Positions 25,447-32,377 of a stretch of 39,839 nucleotides of DNA are shown here, piece by piece. The notes below the pieces were generated by a model, which saw nothing but the letters and a program-made list of their open reading frames with translations, had not been told where the DNA came from and searched no databases. The DNA is taken from contig DAOUMF010000149.1 of assembly GCA_034411955.1 (NCBI GenBank), forward strand, positions 1-39,839. The letters run 5' to 3'. The position numbers and the translations under genes are program-made. Numbering within the stretch: position 1 is the first letter of the stretch; every line of letters begins with the position of its first letter. The stretch comes from Dehalococcoidia bacterium (GTDB lineage: Bacteria; Chloroflexota; Dehalococcoidia; SM23-28-2; RBG-16-64-32).

Positions 25447-26208
25447 GTGGGCTTCGTCAAAGGAGCGCAATCGGGCTCGTCCCGTTCCAGAGAACCGCGC
25501 CGCGTGCTCCTGGTAGAGGAGGATGGGGAGACCCTGCGCCTAGCGCGCCAGGCGCTTGAGGCGTTCAAAAGGGCCGAGTTCGTTATCGAGACGGTCACTT
25601 CCTCGCGGGAGCTACGAGATGCACTCGCAGCGCGTGCCTTCGAGGACGAGCTGACCGGCCTCTACAGCAAGCCATTCTTCGTTGAAGCGCTCCGGAACGA
25701 GACTCGCAGGCTCCTGCGGTATGAACGTGACCTCTCGTGTATGATGCTTGCCCTAGATGGCTTGGCGTTGGTCCGCGAGGCTCACGGCCAAGAAACTGCG
25801 GACACAGCACTGAAGCAGGTTGCCGCGTTCGTCCTGAATTCGATTCGCGAGGGGGACGTCGTTGCCCGCTGGGGGCCGGATGAGTTGGGTGTCTTGCTCG
25901 TCGAGACGCCGGCGAGCTTGGGGCGTCGAGTAGCCGAACGCCTCAGATTTGGCATCGCTGGCAGCGCCGTGATCGTAGAGGACCAGCCGCGGTCCATGAC
26001 CGTCAGCGTCGGCATCTGCGCAATCAATCGCCATCATCATCTCCAACCGGACGCGATCCTCGATCGTGCCGTCGCCGCTCTTCGAGAGGCAATGGCCACC
26101 GGCGGGAACCGCGTCTGTTTGGATGCGAATGCCGTAGAAAGCGATCAAGAAGGGCCGGAACGCCGGACGGTCGATCTCGGGCAGCAGTCCGATGTTCAGT
26201 CAGCCTGA
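25447..26208 (+). CDS. Degenerate GGDEF-domain protein with a truncated receiver-like N-terminus
   Basis: RVLLVEEDGETLRLARQALE.. looks like the beginning of a REC domain but runs directly into the GGDEF linker DELTGLYSKPFF. The active site reads GPDEL instead of GG[DE]EF. An RxxD (REGD) is present 5 residues upstream, the I-site position. The start codon is uncertain (GTG 25447). Confidence 0.65.
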   Translation: MGFVKGAQSGSSRSREPRRVLLVEEDGETLRLARQALEAFKRAEFVIETVTSSRELRDALAARAFEDELTGLYSKPFFVEALRNETRRLLRYERDLSCMMLALDGLALVREAHGQETADTALKQVAAFVLNSIREGDVVARWGPDELGVLLVETPASLGRRVAERLRFGIAGSAVIVEDQPRSMTVSVGICAINRHHHLQPDAILDRAVAALREAMATGGNRVCLDANAVESDQEGPERRTVDLGQQSDVQSA

Positions 26209-26320
26209 CGCCGAGCGTCTAACGCACTTCGCTCCAAACTGGCGTAATGGGCGTACGCGAGCCACGCCGGTCACGCCGTTGGGGGCTCACTGACCAACCT
26301 GCAATACGCACCCTCCCGTA

Positions 26321-26349
26321 TTGACAATCCGCCCGCACACAGGTGTAGT
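26321..26349 (+). promoter_or_regulatory. Candidate promoter (-35 TTGACA, 17-nt spacer, -10 TGTAGT), overlapped by the 7-bp inverted repeat CAATACG-N8-CGTATTG (26302-26323)
   Basis: Read directly from the sequence. It lies about 115 nt upstream of the AAGGAGAG-ATG of the 26465 ORF. Confidence 0.35.
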
Positions 26350-26464
26350 GTGAGGCGCCCACTCCCTTTGGGTCTGGTGCGAGGGCTCTCGCCGCACCCC
26401 GCTCTCGCACCAGCTTCTGCTTTACGGGCATCCGCAACGACATTCCCCCAGAAGGGAAGGAGAG

Positions 26465-26701
26465 ATGGCTGGTCAGACATCCCTCCGGCTCGTCTGCTCC
26501 CACGGTGCTGCACTGTTCTACATCGCTCAGCACCCCGACTGCACCATAAGCGACCTGGCCGAAGCATTGGTGGTCACGCGGCGGACGGACAGTTGGGCGC
26601 GTACCATAGGCGCACTGATAACCAGCCGCGTTTTCGCGCGGCGGATCGCTGCCCGCCCCGTTGACACCGGCCCGCCCCGGGGCACAATCGCGGCTCCCTG
26701 A
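26465..26701 (+). CDS. Small winged-HTH-like protein (hypothetical regulator)
   Basis: Strong RBS GAAGGAGAG immediately before ATG 26465. ..ALFYIAQHPDCTISDLAEALVVTRRT.. looks like an HTH motif. The C-terminal half is not recognisable. Confidence 0.4.
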   Translation: MAGQTSLRLVCSHGAALFYIAQHPDCTISDLAEALVVTRRTDSWARTIGALITSRVFARRIAARPVDTGPPRGTIAAP

Positions 26702-26758
26702 GCAGCACCCCGCATAATAGCCACGCGAAAGTCAGCATCAGTTGAGAGGGGTGCTCTG

Positions 26759-27118
26759 ATGGACGACAGTCTTACCCTTGAGCAGAAGAAGTCTCGCCGT
26801 GGCCTGCTGGCCCAGGTGGGGGCGGGAGGAGCAGCCGCAGTGGCCGCACTGTTGGGTCGCAGCAACGGGGCCGAGGCAGTGGCCCCCCTTTTTGGCTACA
26901 GCGCCGATGTAGGGGTGGCAGGCGTACAGGGCGACAACGCCGCTGGCGGTGTAGGCGTTAGGGGTGAGAGCATCGGCGGTCAGTCCTCAATGTCCACCGT
27001 CGACGCTCCCTGTGGGGACGTTGGAGTCTATCGAGCCTCCCCACGTTACCGCCGGTCTCCATCACTCATGCGTTGGCGTTGGGTGAAGCTGATCAGCCCA
27101 GGGTCTTCACTCCGCTGA
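26759..27118 (+). CDS. Hypothetical secreted protein with a twin-arginine (Tat) signal
   Basis: KKSRRGLLAQVGAGGAAAVAALLG is a Tat-type signal, followed by Gly/Val-rich repeats (GVAGVQGDNAAGGVGVRGES). The C-terminus looks non-native and overlaps the convergent gene by 12 nt, so it may be truncated. Confidence 0.35.
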   Translation: MDDSLTLEQKKSRRGLLAQVGAGGAAAVAALLGRSNGAEAVAPLFGYSADVGVAGVQGDNAAGGVGVRGESIGGQSSMSTVDAPCGDVGVYRASPRYRRSPSLMRWRWVKLISPGSSLR

Positions 27119-27487
27119 GTAGTGCCCCACAAAGTACAAGAAAATGATCACAATCCCCGCCAACGATGACCCAGCAGCAGCCAGCACCCAGCGCCGGACC
27201 GCCACGTCGTTGTCCTGCTGGCGTGCCAGAGGCACGGCGCTGATCAGCCAGGCCGCCACGAAAGCGCCGAAGGCGATAAGCCCCTTCGCCACCCAGTGGT
27301 GGCCAGCCATGTCCGTCAGGCTGTCCTTGAACCCCGGGCTCACCTCCGACAGGATGGTCATGATCACGATGGCGATCACGGTCACGATCAGCGCGAATGA
27401 CAGCGAGGGTACGCCTATCAAGCGCTCCGTGTCCACATCCTGCCTGGCCATTGCGGGAGTCGCGTCGCGATTCTCTGTCGTTTGCAT
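27107..27487 (-). CDS. Integral membrane protein (about 3 TM), function unknown
   Basis: GGAGGGAG RBS upstream of ATG 27487. Hydrophobic segments LSFALIVTVIAIVIMTIL, GLIAFGAFVAAWLISAV and LAGIVIIFLYFV. Confidence 0.6.
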   Translation of the reverse strand: MQTTENRDATPAMARQDVDTERLIGVPSLSFALIVTVIAIVIMTILSEVSPGFKDSLTDMAGHHWVAKGLIAFGAFVAAWLISAVPLARQQDNDVAVRRWVLAAAGSSLAGIVIIFLYFVGHYSAE

Positions 27488-27521
27488 CTGTCTCCCTCCT
27501 GCGGTTCTTGCGCCTCCGGCC

Positions 27522-27986
27522 TTACGCCGAGACGGCCTCCCTGAAGCCAGCGGATACCAGGTAGCCCATGACTGTCATCAGAAGCCCAATGAGGACGACC
27601 ACGCCACCGAGAGTGTAAACTGCAAACCTCATCAGGCGGTCTTCCTTGAGTCTGTCCGCGTACTGCCACACCAGAGCGGCGGTCACGATGGCAAGGAACG
27701 GCAGGAACAGGAAGAGGTGCTCCTTGGTCTCCATGAACACACCGTGGGCCCACGGCCAAGGGCCTTCGTTGATCACGGGCTTGACCTCATCCCCGTAGTG
27801 GATGACGTAGTACATCCCACCCACCAGCCAGGCTCCGAAGAACATGGCAGTCCCCGCCAGGGCCGCCGCCCGTGCCCTGACGACCGCAGCTCCGCTGGGG
27901 CCCTGCACCACCTCCATCAATACCCAGATGAAGGCCAGGATGCCCAGTTCGCCCAGGCCTATGTGCGCCGCCTTGATGATCTCCAT
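27522..27986 (-). CDS. Integral membrane protein (about 4 TM), function unknown; first gene of a putative CsoR-controlled operon
   Basis: AAAGGAGGGTAGG-ATG at 27986. Hydrophobic segments throughout. A CsoR-box-like palindrome lies about 52 nt upstream. Confidence 0.6.
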   Translation of the reverse strand: MEIIKAAHIGLGELGILAFIWVLMEVVQGPSGAAVVRARAAALAGTAMFFGAWLVGGMYYVIHYGDEVKPVINEGPWPWAHGVFMETKEHLFLFLPFLAIVTAALVWQYADRLKEDRLMRFAVYTLGGVVVLIGLLMTVMGYLVSAGFREAVSA

Positions 27987-28037
27987 CCTACCCTCCTTTC
28001 GGCAGACCGCTCGCCCTAGGTTAATTGTGATACAGTA

Positions 28038-28052
28038 TACTACCAGGCAGTA
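28038..28052. promoter_or_regulatory. CsoR-operator-like pseudo-palindrome TACTACCAGGCAGTA
   Basis: 12 of 15 positions are self-complementary. It shares TACTACCA..AGTA with the box at 29603-29617 and lies in the divergent region between the membrane-protein operon and csoR. Confidence 0.4.
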
Positions 28053-28227
28053 CACGTCGCAACATCATGCACCTCTGGCCATGCAGCTGTTCGTCGACAA
28101 TGCAGCTCCGCGCCGCGGGACGGGTTGGCGAGCTTGGGACTGTATGGACATGACTCGTGATCCGATCGGGAGGCGGGATACCCGTGCCGCGGGAGCCAAC
28201 GAATGGTTGCGTTGGGGGCAAGATGAT

Positions 28228-28244
28228 ATACTACTACTGGGTAT
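28228..28244. promoter_or_regulatory. CsoR-operator-like element ATACTACTACTGGGTAT
   Basis: ATAC-N9-GTAT symmetry, 18 nt upstream of the csoR ATG (28262). It shares the TACTAC core with the other two boxes. Confidence 0.35.
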
Positions 28245-28261
28245 CGACGGAGGTTCTTATC

Positions 28262-28564
28262 ATGGCTCAGGCAGCTCACCACACGCATCAATACCTCTAC
28301 AGCAAGGACAAAGATGTTCTTCTGGCCCGCATGGGCCGCATCGAGGGGCAGGCCCGCGGCATCCGCAAGATGATCGAAGATAACCGCTACTGTCCCGAGA
28401 TCATCCAGCAGCTCACGGCCCTCTCCAGGGCTGCCGGAGAAGTATCACTGCTACTGCTCCAGGACCACATCGAGGGGTGCGTCACGGACGCCATCCAGCA
28501 CGGCCACGGCGAGGAGATGGTCAAGGAGCTCATCTCGGTGGTCCGGCGCGGGCTGCGGACCTAG
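28262..28564 (+). CDS. csoR: CsoR-family copper-sensing transcriptional repressor
   Basis: ..LLARMGRIEGQARGIRKMIEDNRYCPEIIQQL...LLQDHIEGCV.. carries the C-H-C metal-ligand pattern. GGAGG RBS precedes ATG 28262. Confidence 0.88.
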   Translation: MAQAAHHTHQYLYSKDKDVLLARMGRIEGQARGIRKMIEDNRYCPEIIQQLTALSRAAGEVSLLLLQDHIEGCVTDAIQHGHGEEMVKELISVVRRGLRT

Positions 28565-28614
28565 GTAGGAAACGGCGCCGGCTCGGCCCCCTTGCAGCGC
28601 CTTCTCCGGGGCGC

Positions 28615-28875
28615 TCAGGGACCTTCCAGGTCTCTGCTGATCTGCTCGAACTCCTCGCGGCTGATCTCGCCCAGGGCATAGCGCTCCTTGGTGATGTCCA
28701 GAGGGGTCCGAGCCGAGGGGTTGGGCTGCGGGACGTGTGCCTGCCCGGACTCCCGTCGCGTCACGCTCTGGATCGCCCAGACTATTAGCGCGATGATCGC
28801 ACCCCAGAACAGGATCATCATCAGCCCGCCCCACAGCATCCACCAACCCATGCCGTCACCGGTGTGCCACATCAC
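28615..28875 (-). CDS. SHOCT-domain membrane protein
   Basis: N-terminal Trp/Gly-rich TM segment. C-terminal ..DITKERYALGEISREEFEQISRDLE is the SHOCT motif. Confidence 0.7.
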   Translation of the reverse strand: MMWHTGDGMGWWMLWGGLMMILFWGAIIALIVWAIQSVTRRESGQAHVPQPNPSARTPLDITKERYALGEISREEFEQISRDLEGP

Positions 28876-29566
28876 TCGTCACCTCCTGTGTTGGCGGGTC
28901 GTGCTCCCCCTGGTCGGACGGTCGCTGCCCGGCCGACCCTCGAATTAGCTTGATGATCCCGAACCCCCGGGACTCGACGGCATCGAGGGATATGCCTGCC
29001 TTGGCCACGTTGGACACCGTGTCCCGATTGACATTGGCCCCGGTCAGGCGAACCGCTATCGGGTTCGCCAGATCCATCAGCCGCCCGACGACGGGGTTGC
29101 GGGCCCGCACGTGCTCTAGGAGGTGGACGCGCCCGCCGTCACGGACGACGCGGCGCACCTCCTGAAGGCCGGCGATGGGGTCCGGGACGGAGCAGAACAC
29201 GAAGGTATCGGCTGCCGCGTCGAAGGCGTCGTCGCGGAAGGGCAGGTGCTCGGCGTCGGCCAGCACGAGGTCCGCGCCACGTCTCAGCCGCTGGGCCCGG
29301 CGGGCGGCCCGCCGCAGCATGCGGGGGCTGATGTCAACGGCCACGGTCCGTGCGCTGTCCGAGTGGTGCGGCATGTTCTTGCCGGTGCCCACACCAATCT
29401 CTAGGACGACCGCCCCGTCCACCTCGCGCCAGAGCCTCCGGCGCAGCTTCCCGAACGCCAGGAGTTCAACGGGGACCTCCATCAGATCGTAGAGGGTCGC
29501 CTGTCGGTCGTAGCGGCGCTGAGTTGCCAGGCTGTCTTCGGTTTGGATCGGCGGGGAAACGGGCAT
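28856..29566 (-). CDS. Class I SAM-dependent methyltransferase
   Basis: Motif I VLEIGVGTGKN, ..DAFDAAADTFVFCSVPD.., ..GGRVHLLEH.. ATG 29566 has AAGGAG 7 nt upstream, preferred over 29623. Confidence 0.75.
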   Translation of the reverse strand: MPVSPPIQTEDSLATQRRYDRQATLYDLMEVPVELLAFGKLRRRLWREVDGAVVLEIGVGTGKNMPHHSDSARTVAVDISPRMLRRAARRAQRLRRGADLVLADAEHLPFRDDAFDAAADTFVFCSVPDPIAGLQEVRRVVRDGGRVHLLEHVRARNPVVGRLMDLANPIAVRLTGANVNRDTVSNVAKAGISLDAVESRGFGIIKLIRGSAGQRPSDQGEHDPPTQEVTSDVAHR

Positions 29567-29602
29567 GTCAGGGCTCCTTGATTGCGCTCGAAGGGTGCTC
29601 CG

Positions 29603-29617
29603 TACTACCACGGAGTA
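29603..29617. promoter_or_regulatory. CsoR-operator-like element TACTACCACGGAGTA
   Basis: It sits in the 55-nt divergent gap between the methyltransferase (29566) and the second csoR (29622). TACT..AGTA symmetry, and near-identical to the box at 28038-28052. Confidence 0.4.
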
Positions 29618-29621
29618 TATC

Positions 29622-29945
29622 ATGACGAGACTGTATATGACTACACCCAGGCTGTCAAAGTCCTACGCCGCCGACAAGGCTTCCCTCATCGGGCGGCTGA
29701 ACAGGATGGAGGGCCAGGTGGGAGGCCTCCGGCGCGTGGCGGAGGAGGACCGGTACTGCGTGGACGTCCTCCAGCAGATATCGTCCGCGCGCTCCGCGGC
29801 CGATGCCGTTGCGGGAATCCTTCTGGAGGACCACATCCGTGGCTGCGTGGCCGACGGCATCCACAGCAGGGAGGGTGACGGTGATGGCCGAGGAGATCCT
29901 TGGCGAACTGATGTCGGTGGTCCGGCGCGGCGAGAGCTTAGGTAG
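29622..29945 (+). CDS. csoR: Second CsoR-family paralog, apparently frameshifted in its C-terminal helix
   Basis: ..LIGRLNRMEGQVGGLRRVAEEDRYCVDVLQQI...LLEDHIRGCV.. (C-H-C intact). After ..GIHSREG the expected C-terminus AEEILGELMSVVRRGESLG is found in the +1 frame (from about 29875). The 3' nucleotide sequence TCGGTGGTCCGGCGCGG...TAGGTAGG is shared with csoR at 28262. Confidence 0.65.
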   Translation: MTRLYMTTPRLSKSYAADKASLIGRLNRMEGQVGGLRRVAEEDRYCVDVLQQISSARSAADAVAGILLEDHIRGCVADGIHSREGDGDGRGDPWRTDVGGPARRELR

Positions 29946-30230
29946 GCCCATCGTTCAAGACCGGGTCCCCTAGGCCGACTTGCTGAGCATTCAATCGCAC
30001 GGGTCGGCAACCAGCCTGCGTGGGCTTCCCAGAGAGCTTGTCGGTAGCAGGCTCGCGCTCCGTCCTGTTCCAGCTCTGGCTTGCTGAGCGCGGTGTCGCA
30101 GGCCTGCAGAAGAGAACCCCCCGGCGTGGCAGGGGATGGGTCGGCGTCAACCGGCCACGTCGAGGGGCTACCGGGGAGGGTCAGCGCGACTGCTGTCCCA
30201 AATGCAACAACGCGACTGCGCAGCTTTTGG

Positions 30231-30413
30231 TTAGCGAGGAAGCGTTCGGCGTACGAATCCTCTCGCGGTTTCTTCAGGCCACCCGGCCCGAATTAGCTCC
30301 TCCACGATCTCCTGTTTGCTCTTGCCTTTCGCGAGAGCAGCGGCCATCACTCTCGCCATCTCGCGAATGGCCTGTCGCTCGTCATGCTCCTGTTGTGATG
30401 ACAGTTCTGTCAT
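30231..30413 (-). CDS. Hypothetical small protein (60 aa)
   Basis: ORF with GAGGGGG about 9 nt upstream of the ATG. Helical, charged sequence with no recognisable family. Confidence 0.3.
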   Translation of the reverse strand: MTELSSQQEHDERQAIREMARVMAAALAKGKSKQEIVEELIRAGWPEETARGFVRRTLPR

Positions 30414-30890
30414 AGCCGGATGCCCCCTCGTAAGTATGCCCTACCAACGGGATTCTGCCCCGACCCTGTCGCGTTGTCAACCAGCCGTCTCTTCAATTGT
30501 CCGCTATTTCAGCCAGCACCTCCTCGCCAGCCTTGAGACGCCATCGGCGGCGGACGGCCACGTGACATGTTCTGGTAGCGGACTATAATGCCGCTTCCCG
30601 CATGGGGAATCGCAGCGAGAGCGTCTCCTCGGCTCGCTGCATTCTGCCTGGTTCGCCGATGCAGCAGTGCAGGAGTACCGCAATCGAGGGGCCTGATGCC
30701 TGCCGTTGCACTCACCTGCCAAGCCGGGGGGCTACTCCGCCGTCGCCAACGCGGCAATCCCTGGACACGATCGAAGCGAATGTCGCATCGCCACAGTCTT
30801 GCGAGCAACCGTTGGCATTCCCCGTGCCCCGTCCTCTATACTAGAGTCGCTTTGCTGGGGCCCGCGAAAGAACCGTCCGAGCGTGATGAT

Positions 30891-31670
30891 ATGCAAGACT
30901 CGGCTCCCATACTTGAAGCCCAGGGCGTCACCAAGTCCTTTGATGGCGTCCGCGCCGTCAACAACTGCACGCTATCTGTCAAGCGGGGCACCATCACCGG
31001 CCTCATCGGACCCAACGGCGCTGGCAAGACCACCCTCTTCAACCTAGTCACCGGTTTTCTCAGGCCCTCTGCCGGCCGCATCCTGTTCCGGGACGAACGC
31101 ATCGATGGACTGCCCCCGCACCGCATATTCCATCGCGGCATCGTCCGCACCTTCCAGATTCCGCGCGAGCTCAAGACGATGACCGTCTTGGAGAACCTCA
31201 TGCTCGTGCCGGCCCATCAGGTCGGCGAGCGCATCTGGAACCCTTGGCTGTTCAGCTTCCGCGTCTCCCGCCAGGAGCGGCGCATATACGAGAAAGCCCT
31301 GGAAGTCCTGGAGTTCGTCAATCTCCTCCATCTCCGCGACGAGTACGCTGCAAACCTTTCGGGGGGCCAGAAGAAGCTGCTGGAACTGGCCCGCACTCTC
31401 ATGTGCGACCCCCAGATGATACTCTTGGACGAGCCCGGCGCCGGCGTCAACCGGGTCCTCATGCGCAGGCTGGTGGAGAACATCGAGACGCTGTGCCGTG
31501 ACCGCGGCATCACCTTCTTCGTCATCGAGCACGATATGGACCTGATCACCCGCCTCTGCAACCCCGTTATCGTCATGAGTCAGGGGGAGTGGCTTGCCGA
31601 AGGATCCCCTGAGGAGATCAAGCGGGACGAGCGGGTGCTGGAGGCCTACCTGGGCGGGCAGTACCGATGA
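30891..31670 (+). CDS. livG: Branched-chain amino acid ABC transporter ATP-binding protein (LivG-like)
   Basis: MQDSAPILEAQGVTKSFDGVRAVNN.., Walker A GPNGAGKTT, signature LSGGQKKLLELAR, Walker B ILLDEP. The ORF track start 30588 is too far upstream. Confidence 0.88.
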   Translation: MQDSAPILEAQGVTKSFDGVRAVNNCTLSVKRGTITGLIGPNGAGKTTLFNLVTGFLRPSAGRILFRDERIDGLPPHRIFHRGIVRTFQIPRELKTMTVLENLMLVPAHQVGERIWNPWLFSFRVSRQERRIYEKALEVLEFVNLLHLRDEYAANLSGGQKKLLELARTLMCDPQMILLDEPGAGVNRVLMRRLVENIETLCRDRGITFFVIEHDMDLITRLCNPVIVMSQGEWLAEGSPEEIKRDERVLEAYLGGQYR

Positions 31671-32374
31671 CGTCCGTGCTCCAAGCTGAAGGCGTGGTCG
31701 CCGGCTACGGAGAAGTGGAGATCCTCCACGGCGTCTCCATTGCCCTCAACGAGGGTGAGATCGTGGCCGTCATCGGCCCCAACGGTGCAGGCAAGTCCAC
31801 CCTCCTCAAGGCCGTCTTTGGCCTGCTCTCCGTCCGCAGCGGGAGCGTCCAACTGCTGGGCCGGGAGGTAACAAACCTCTCTCCGGATCGCATAGTCCAG
31901 GGCGGCATGTCCTACGTCCCCCAGGTTGACAACGTCTTCCCCAGCCTCACCATCAACGAAAACCTGGAGATGGGTGCCTTCGTCCGCCGCGATGGCCTGC
32001 GAGAGCGTCTGGAGCGCGTCTACGGCCTCTTCCCTGACCTCACCGACCGCCGCGGCGAGCGCGCCGGTGGGCTCTCCGGCGGCCAGCGCCAGATGCTGGC
32101 CCTCGCTCGCGCCCTCATGCTCGACCCCAAGGTCCTCCTCCTCGACGAGCCCTCCGCCAGCCTCTCACCCATCATGGTCGAGTCCATCTTTGAGAAGATC
32201 GGCGAAATCAACCGCTCCGGCACCGCTATCCTCCTTGTGGAACAGAACGCCAAGGAAGCCCTCAGCTTCAGCAGTCGCGCCTACGTCCTGGCTATGGGCG
32301 AGAACCGGATCGAAGGCGAAGCCGCCAGCCTTCTGGACAACGAAGAGGTGGGTAAGCTCTACCTGGGCGCGTAA
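31667..32374 (+). CDS. livF: Branched-chain amino acid ABC transporter ATP-binding protein (LivF-like)
   Basis: Walker A GPNGAGKST, signature LSGGQRQMLALAR, Walker B LLLDEPS. The ATGA overlap with livG indicates coupling. Confidence 0.9.
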   Translation: MTSVLQAEGVVAGYGEVEILHGVSIALNEGEIVAVIGPNGAGKSTLLKAVFGLLSVRSGSVQLLGREVTNLSPDRIVQGGMSYVPQVDNVFPSLTINENLEMGAFVRRDGLRERLERVYGLFPDLTDRRGERAGGLSGGQRQMLALARALMLDPKVLLLDEPSASLSPIMVESIFEKIGEINRSGTAILLVEQNAKEALSFSSRAYVLAMGENRIEGEAASLLDNEEVGKLYLGA

Positions 32375-32377
32375 GGC

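Noticed and set aside
26219-26567. Minus-strand ORFs of 104 and 98 aa downstream of the GGDEF gene
   Set aside because: They have no RBS and non-protein-like composition, and they overlap a plus-strand promoter, leader and strong RBS that better explain the region.
24762-31000. attR direct repeat of the tRNA-Arg 3' end, to delimit the island
   Set aside because: I found no copy of GGTTCGAGTCCTACCGGGGGCGCCA or a substantial part of it by eye. The island boundary therefore remains undefined, and a computational repeat search is required.
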